NCBI GenBank assembly: GCA_049967855.1
Contig: JBMFRX010000011.1
Coordinates: forward strand, 1 to 44,704
DNA length: 44,704 nucleotides
Direction of reading: 5' to 3'
From: Caldisericaceae bacterium
GTDB lineage: Bacteria; Caldisericota; Caldisericia; Caldisericales; Caldisericaceae
Shown: positions 39,053 to 44,704 of the stretch, one piece after another
Numbering within the stretch: the first letter of the stretch is position 1
How the letters are laid out: the number at the start of each line of letters is the position of its first letter
Translations under genes and position numbers: made by a program
Notes under the pieces: generated by a model
Databases searched by the model: none
What the model was told of the DNA's origin: nothing
The model's input: the letters and a program-made list of their open reading frames with translations, nothing else

Positions 39053-39217
39053 ATGAAACACATTAAAGTAGTTGCAAAGAAACCTTTATGGAACATTGAT
39101 AAAGCACATGACTGCAGATTATGCCAGACTCCCTGCAAGTCTGCCTGTAAGACAAGTGTAACAGTTGGCAACCAGGTTTGCGAGATAAAGAAGCCCGTCA
39201 AAAGGTGGATTTGGTAG
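39053..39217 (+). CDS. scfA: SCIFF-type ranthipeptide precursor (five-Cys variant, 54 aa)
   Basis: MKHIK leader and CxxCQTxCxSACKTSxTVGNQxC core; GGAGGT SD; directly followed by the maturase. Confidence 0.92.
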   Translation: MKHIKVVAKKPLWNIDKAHDCRLCQTPCKSACKTSVTVGNQVCEIKKPVKRWIW

Positions 39218-40621
39218 TTGGACCAATTTGACAAGTCATTGATTCACATATTCTCCTTCAATGGAGAATATTTTGCTCTTGATGTAAACTCAGGCACCCT
39301 TCTCAATATTGATGGAAGCACTCACTTTTTTTTGCAGGAGCTGTTAAACGAACAGTCATTAGAAAAAGCTGAAACAGCTACCAAAAGAGAGTTTGGAGGA
39401 GAGGCAAGCAACATCAGAGCAGAAATTGAGCAGCTGATAGACGAAAAGGCACTTTTCTCTGAGCCTCCAGAGTATTTTCAATCAGAACTTGTTCTCAAGT
39501 CAATGTGTTTGAACGTTGCGCATTCCTGTAATTTCGCCTGTAAATACTGTTTCGCAAAAAAAGGTTCATATGGAGGAAATGACGAAATAATGAGTCAGGA
39601 GATTGCAAGGAAATCGATTGACTACCTGCATGATAATTCTCCCGCAAGAGAAACTCTCGAGATAGATTTCTTTGGAGGAGAACCTTTTCTTGCATTTGAA
39701 ACTGTGAGAAGCACGATTGAATACGCAAGAAATAAATACAAAGATAAGAAATGGCGTTTTACAATAACCACAAATGGTTCATTGCTTACTCAGGAAAGAG
39801 AACAATTCCTCTACGACAACGATGTCAGTATAGTGCTAAGCCTTGACGGAGATAAAAAGACAAACGACAAGTACAGATTACTTAAAAATGGTGACGGTAC
39901 TTTTGACATTATCATTGACAAAATTAAGAAAGTTGCTGAACATAGATCCGAATCTCAAGGTTATTACGTAAGAGGCACTTATACTCATACTACACTTGAT
40001 ATATCAAAAACAGTTCTCGACCTTCACAACTTTGGCTTCAAGTATATTTCTCTTGAACCAGTTGTGACTGATGAGAGTGGTATTGCCATCGAAAAAAGTG
40101 ACCTTAACAAACTTCGCAAAGAGTACGAGCGCCTTGCTGAAGAATACGTGAATTCCCAAAAACAGTCTTCTTGGACTTTTTTCCATTTCAATGTTGACCT
40201 TGAAGCAGGGCCATGCATTCAGAAAAGAATAAACGGTTGCGGAGCAGGTGTTGAATATGTTGCAGTTGCGCCAAATGGCGACATTTACCCTTGCCATCAG
40301 TTTGATGGCATTGAGGAGACAAAGCTCGGAGATATTTACTCAGGTATAACAAACAAAGAGCTTCAAGAACAATTCAGAAAGGCAAATTACCTTTTCAACA
40401 AGCCAGAGTGCGCTAATTGCTGGGCACGTTTCTACTGCTCAGGAGGGTGTCTTGCAAACAATTACACTCAAAACGGAGACATATTCAAACCGTACGCTAT
40501 AGGATGTGAAATACAAAAAATGCGAATAGAAGCTGCTCTTTACGTGCAATATAAACTGCGCGAGCTTGGCATAGAAGTTCCAACAACCCAATTGCAAGAC
40601 AGTAGAGACATCGTAAGATAG
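39218..40621 (+). CDS. scfB: SCIFF radical SAM/SPASM maturase (thioether cross-link forming)
   Basis: N-terminal RRE-like LDVNSG, CNFACKYC, DFFGGEP, GPCIQKRINGCGAG, YPCHQF, CANCWARFYCSGGC.AN; TTG start abuts the precursor stop. Confidence 0.95.
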   Translation: MDQFDKSLIHIFSFNGEYFALDVNSGTLLNIDGSTHFFLQELLNEQSLEKAETATKREFGGEASNIRAEIEQLIDEKALFSEPPEYFQSELVLKSMCLNVAHSCNFACKYCFAKKGSYGGNDEIMSQEIARKSIDYLHDNSPARETLEIDFFGGEPFLAFETVRSTIEYARNKYKDKKWRFTITTNGSLLTQEREQFLYDNDVSIVLSLDGDKKTNDKYRLLKNGDGTFDIIIDKIKKVAEHRSESQGYYVRGTYTHTTLDISKTVLDLHNFGFKYISLEPVVTDESGIAIEKSDLNKLRKEYERLAEEYVNSQKQSSWTFFHFNVDLEAGPCIQKRINGCGAGVEYVAVAPNGDIYPCHQFDGIEETKLGDIYSGITNKELQEQFRKANYLFNKPECANCWARFYCSGGCLANNYTQNGDIFKPYAIGCEIQKMRIEAALYVQYKLRELGIEVPTTQLQDSRDIVR

Positions 40622-40624
40622 GGC

Positions 40625-41116
40625 TCAAAAAATTCCTGAGTTAACAATACCTTCTTTTATTTTGTCGTATGTGTTATCGATGGAATCAGGAATCACTCTC
40701 GTTTCCCCTGTTACGCTCATAAAGTTGGAATCCCCAATCCATCGCGGTACTATGTGAAAATGCAAATGTTCTTCACCTGCTCCAGCTGCCTTGCCAATGT
40801 TTACTCCGATGTTAAAACCCTCAGGTTCATAGATATCCTGTAAGACCTTTATCATTTTTCCTACAATTGACATTAGTTCGCCTTGCTCTGAAGCTGACAA
40901 CTCGTAAGGAAATTTCAAATGGCGTTTCGGACAAACCATAATGTGACCATTATTGTATGGATACCTATTCATTATCACAATAGTGTATTCGCCTCTATAA
41001 AGAACCAGAGATGCCTTATCATCTTTTCCTTTCACTGCATCGCATATAAAACATTTTTCTCTCTCTTTTGAAGCATTAATGTATTTCATCCTCCAAGGAG
41101 CAAATAGGTGTTTCAC
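40625..41116 (-). CDS. HIT family nucleotide hydrolase/phosphorylase
   Basis: LFAPWR, CFIC, YPYNNGH, GFNIG.N.G.AAGA, HLHFHIVPR. Confidence 0.94.
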   Translation of the reverse strand: MKHLFAPWRMKYINASKEREKCFICDAVKGKDDKASLVLYRGEYTIVIMNRYPYNNGHIMVCPKRHLKFPYELSASEQGELMSIVGKMIKVLQDIYEPEGFNIGVNIGKAAGAGEEHLHFHIVPRWIGDSNFMSVTGETRVIPDSIDNTYDKIKEGIVNSGIF

Positions 41117-41165
41117 TTCAAACCTCCGTATTTAAAAACATCTAAAACTAAACTAAATAAACACT

Positions 41166-41612
41166 TCAATCAAAAAAAGGGCTTTTGGTTGCACTTGTAT
41201 TTTCTTCAGAGAAAGTCTCTCTAACCCACATCTCTATCTCGTCTCTTAATTTGCGGACTTTTGCTAAAACTTCATTCTCTTCTCCTGTAAATGCAGAAGG
41301 GTCGTCAAAGCCCTTATGAATTTGTTGCAAAGCCCCAGGAAAATACGGGCATTCCTCTCTTGCTCGGTCGCATACTGTAACAACATAGTCAAATTTCTTA
41401 CCCCTGAATTCCTCAACAGACTTGGTCTTGTTTTGGGAGATATCTATACCTTTTTCAGACATCACTTTCACTACATAAGAATTTAGAACCCCAGGATGCG
41501 TACCAGCACTGAAAGCATCAAAACGCTCTCCATAAATATAGTTTAAGAAAGCTTCTGCCATTTGCGACCTCGCAGAATTGTGTGTACATATAAAAAGCAC
41601 CCTATATTTCAT
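41166..41612 (-). CDS. arsC: Arsenate reductase (thioredoxin-coupled, LMW-PTP fold)
   Basis: CTHNSARSQMAE P-loop; VCD..REECP resolving cysteines; FDDP. Confidence 0.88.
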   Translation of the reverse strand: MKYRVLFICTHNSARSQMAEAFLNYIYGERFDAFSAGTHPGVLNSYVVKVMSEKGIDISQNKTKSVEEFRGKKFDYVVTVCDRAREECPYFPGALQQIHKGFDDPSAFTGEENEVLAKVRKLRDEIEMWVRETFSEENTSATKSPFFD

Positions 41613-41775
41613 TTCATAAACCCCTGATTAATTATACAAAATAAGAGCAATTTTGCTAACCAGGAATAGTTTCAGGAAGAGAAGATATTTTTGCTTATGC
41701 AAAAAACACAAGCAAACAAAAACCACCTGAACTAGACTTTACCCAATTGTTGTTAGAAAATTCTTTAGTAAAGGT

Positions 41776-42195
41776 TCATCTGTGGTATTTCTCGTTGCCT
41801 ATAATTGTGAATGCACGATAGATTTGTTCCAAAATCAGAAGCCTTGCAATCTCATGGGGAAAAGTCATATTTGAAAATGATAGAAGGTAGTCTGCTCTTT
41901 TAAGAGTTTCTTCACCAAAACCGTCTGCTCCTCCGATAAAGAAGGCAAGGTCTTTTGAAGAGTATACAAGCTTCTCTTTAACAAAATTGGCAAATGCTAT
42001 TGAATCCATTTCCTTGCCGCATCTGTCAAGAATAACGTTGAAGGTCTTTTCTCTAAGGAGCTTCTCTATTGATGACTCGGTTGCTTCAATAATTTCTATG
42101 TTAGTATAGTGACTTAATCTCTTTACATAATCTTTAACTCCCTCCGCAATGTAAGTTTTTCTAAGCTTGCCTACCGCAATTATTCTGATGTTCAT
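41776..42195 (-). CDS. rlmH: 23S rRNA m3Psi1915 methyltransferase
   Basis: IIAVGK, FIGGADG, MTFPH, EQIYRA, YHR. Confidence 0.96.
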   Translation of the reverse strand: MNIRIIAVGKLRKTYIAEGVKDYVKRLSHYTNIEIIEATESSIEKLLREKTFNVILDRCGKEMDSIAFANFVKEKLVYSSKDLAFFIGGADGFGEETLKRADYLLSFSNMTFPHEIARLLILEQIYRAFTIIGNEKYHR

Positions 42196-42244
42196 ATTTA
42201 CTATTTTATCACTTTCATATAAAATAGTTTAGAGAGGTGCGTTT

Positions 42245-43438
42245 ATGATTATACGTAAAATTTGTACAGGTGACATAGAAAGAGAGCTTAAACAAATTGG
42301 TGTCGATAATGCTGTAATTAGAGGCTTCGTAAGTAAAAGTGAAATTGTAAATCTAAAGATTTATGGGCTTGATTCTCGTGGGGCAAATATCTTAAAGCAA
42401 GAATTTCTTAGCTCTGGAGGCGATGTTGCCGTCAACAGGGACGTAGCCAGTTGGAAGACTTCAACCACTGATTGTTTGCTTATGGGCACTCGCAAAGTCT
42501 ATTTGAAAGTACTGGAAAAGATTTCTAACGAGCCCTACTTTGGATTGAAGCAGGTTTACTCCGAAGTGTCAAAAGCAATTGCAAGCGAGACAATCCCATC
42601 CTACAGAATAAGAGGGCGCTGGTTTGATTTTGAAAGCAGAAGGTACATAATGGGTATACTTAATGTAACACCAGATTCGTTTTCTGACGGTGGCCAATTT
42701 CTCTCGTTTAACGACGCACTGAGACATGCCAATGAAATGATTGAAGATGGAGCAGATATTATAGACGTTGGGGGAGAATCTACAAGGCCAGGGGCAGATC
42801 CAGTTTCTGAATCTGAAGAGATTAAACGAGTTATACCAGTTATTGATGCTGTTAGGAAGTCATTTCCAGACATTCCAATCTCAATTGACACTTATAAATC
42901 TAAGGTCGCAGAAGAGGCTCTTAAAAGTGGAGCCGATATAATAAACGACATAAGTGGCTTTAGGTTTGATGAAAAAATGACAGATATAGCAGCAAGATTT
43001 AATGCCCCTGTTATCGTAATGCATATAAAAGGAACTCCCAAAGATATGCAGCAAAATCCAGAGTATAAAGATTTGATGAGAGAACTCCTCGAATACTTTC
43101 AGGAAAGAATTCCAGTTCTTGAGTCAAGAGGCGTAAAAGACATAATTATTGACCCAGGTATTGGCTTTGGGAAAAGAGCACAGGATAACCTTAATATTAT
43201 ACGTAATCTTAAAGAGCTTACACTCTTTAATAAACCGATTTTAATAGGGCTTTCCAACAAATCCTTCATAGGAAAAATAACAAGCCAAAAAGTGAACGAA
43301 CGTCTTTTCGGGACTGTTGCTGCCAATGCCATAGTCCTGTGCAATGGAGCTAATATAGTGAGAGTGCACGATGTCAAACCTCACAGAGAAATGTTGCAGA
43401 TTATTGAAGCAATTGAGCACCCTGAAAACATAGGTTAA
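42245..43438 (+). CDS. folP: Dihydropteroate synthase with an N-terminal extension domain
   Basis: MGILNVTPDSFSDGG, DVGGESTRPG, SIDT, INDISG, DPGIGFGK, RVHDV. Confidence 0.96.
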   Translation: MIIRKICTGDIERELKQIGVDNAVIRGFVSKSEIVNLKIYGLDSRGANILKQEFLSSGGDVAVNRDVASWKTSTTDCLLMGTRKVYLKVLEKISNEPYFGLKQVYSEVSKAIASETIPSYRIRGRWFDFESRRYIMGILNVTPDSFSDGGQFLSFNDALRHANEMIEDGADIIDVGGESTRPGADPVSESEEIKRVIPVIDAVRKSFPDIPISIDTYKSKVAEEALKSGADIINDISGFRFDEKMTDIAARFNAPVIVMHIKGTPKDMQQNPEYKDLMRELLEYFQERIPVLESRGVKDIIIDPGIGFGKRAQDNLNIIRNLKELTLFNKPILIGLSNKSFIGKITSQKVNERLFGTVAANAIVLCNGANIVRVHDVKPHREMLQIIEAIEHPENIG

Positions 43439-43443
43439 ACCAG

Positions 43444-44151
43444 ATGCCAATATTTAATATTAGTCCTAGCTGTATAATAGGAAAGAAGATAATGATAACC
43501 GACAGGGAGCTGATCCATCACCTGAGAAATGTCCGCAGAATCAAATCCAAAGAAACCTTGATGTTTTTTAGTGGTACAAAGTCTTTCGAAACAATTCTCG
43601 AAGTGAATGAAAAGGGAAAAATCATCTGCGACATAAAAAGGGAGTTTCTAGTTAAAGAGCCTTCAAAGAAAATAGCAATTGTAAATGCAATTATTGAAAA
43701 GGAACCAATGGAGATGATACTACGCTTGAATATCCCGTATAATATAAGGGATTTCTATTTCTTCAAGGCAGAGAGAAGCAACTTAACTCTTAAAGACAAC
43801 AATCTGTTAAGGTTTACTAAACTTGCCTTGTCCATTGCTGAACAATCAGAATCATGCTTTGTTCCTTCTATATTAAGTTTCTCAAGTTTAAGTGAAACAC
43901 TCTCTTCAGTTGATGGTTACAGGCTTATCACTCTTGACGCCCATTCAGAAAACTCCATACAACAAAACATTTCTGATTTCCGTTCAGAAAGTCGAATTGC
44001 CATAATCGTTGGTCCTGAGGGAGGTTTCACTGAAAACGAGACTTCGCTGCTTGACAGTAAAGGTGTTATAAGATTAAGGCTTGCTTCCAATATTTTTCGT
44101 TCTGAATTCGCGGGTTTTGTTGCAGCCGCTATTATAAGAGAGCTTTCATAA
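43444..44151 (+). CDS. rsmE: 16S rRNA m3U1498 methyltransferase
   Basis: HHLRNVRR, AEQS, IVGPEGGF, IFRSE. Confidence 0.88.
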   Translation: MPIFNISPSCIIGKKIMITDRELIHHLRNVRRIKSKETLMFFSGTKSFETILEVNEKGKIICDIKREFLVKEPSKKIAIVNAIIEKEPMEMILRLNIPYNIRDFYFFKAERSNLTLKDNNLLRFTKLALSIAEQSESCFVPSILSFSSLSETLSSVDGYRLITLDAHSENSIQQNISDFRSESRIAIIVGPEGGFTENETSLLDSKGVIRLRLASNIFRSEFAGFVAAAIIRELS

Positions 44152-44703
44152 AGTGCCTAGCCTGTTTTCAACCTCTGCAAGAGCTGCTTTTAACCGCTTC
44201 TTAACGTCTTCTCTACCAAGTGATAGAAATACCTTCCACAATTCTGGTCCATTTCTTGAACCAAATAGGGCAACCCTTATTGGATGATAAAGTTTCTTCC
44301 CAGGGATTCCTGTTGCCTCTTTAAGACCTTGAAGAAAACTTTCAATATCATCCTTTGTGAAGTTAACCTGATCAATATGCTCAATGATATATTTGAACGT
44401 TGCAATTGCTTCATTAGTTAGAATCACCCTTTGGTCATCGACGCTGTCGGGAAACTCTACTCCCTCAAAAAAAGGTTTGGCAACATTTAAACAATCCAAA
44501 GTTAAGTCCATATTACCTTTTACAGTATCCACAATCATTACTGTTTTCTCATCGCAATTCTGTGTCCAACCCATCTTTTTAAAGTAAGGAAGAACCTGTT
44601 CACATAGCCTTTCAGAGTCTGTGTCAACTATATATTTGTGATTCATCCATTTTAGTTTGTCTATGTCAAAGATAGCAGGAGCTTTGTTGACGGCATCGAG
44701 GTC
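44146..44703 (-). CDS. gltX: Glutamate--tRNA ligase, C-terminal (anticodon-binding) part; 5' end beyond window
   Basis: Frame open to the edge: VNKAPAIFDIDKLKWMNHKYI...GKKLYHPIRVALFG...GPEL. Confidence 0.9.
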   Translation of the reverse strand, partial: DLDAVNKAPAIFDIDKLKWMNHKYIVDTDSERLCEQVLPYFKKMGWTQNCDEKTVMIVDTVKGNMDLTLDCLNVAKPFFEGVEFPDSVDDQRVILTNEAIATFKYIIEHIDQVNFTKDDIESFLQGLKEATGIPGKKLYHPIRVALFGSRNGPELWKVFLSLGREDVKKRLKAALAEVENRLGTL

Positions 44704-44704
44704 A

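Noticed and set aside
41166..41612. Arsenic resistance operon
   Set aside because: arsC is solitary, with no arsR or adjacent efflux gene; the BASS transporter is about 4 kb away and not clearly Acr3
41613..41775. Cassette integrated at the rlmH 3' end (SCC-like attB)
   Set aside because: No recombinase gene or direct repeat of the rlmH end; the flanking genes look chromosomal

Overview
A gene-dense, AT-rich bacterial chromosome segment. The C-terminal 'stalk' (copper-amine-oxidase N-terminal-like) surface protein and the gene content suggest an anaerobe, possibly Caldisericum/Caldiserica-like; this is inference only. At the left end are a single-chain type IIG restriction-modification gene (missing from the ORF track because it runs off the edge), tRNA-Ala(CGC) and two exported proteins. 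A long minus-strand housekeeping block follows: alaS-yqgF(ruvX)-mltG-small ORF; TPR-pilB-pilT-pilC; rpsO-pnp-M16 peptidase-udg-secD-secF; apt-rel-dtd. Next come a carbamate kinase/YgeY-like/YgeW-like operon, a 2-hydroxyacid dehydrogenase, znuACB-FAH-encapsulated-ferritin-like gene, a BASS transporter, a MASE3-PAS-GGDEF cyclase divergent from a SCIFF ranthipeptide precursor and its radical SAM maturase, then HIT, arsC, rlmH, folP, rsmE and the 3' end of gltX. Best leads: (1) an unannotated 41-codon ORF filling the secD-secF gap and overlapping both neighbours; (2) a five-cysteine SCIFF variant with a basic/Trp tail; (3) yqgF with no ATG/GTG/TTG start, lying in the -1 frame just after a U-UUU-UUA slippery site at the end of alaS; (4) a long rpsO leader hairpin with a G.U/G-C step; (5) a minimal arcC-ygeY-ygeW module; (6) an encapsulated-ferritin gene with no adjacent shell gene. 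No CRISPR array, rRNA, integrase or intact transposase was seen.
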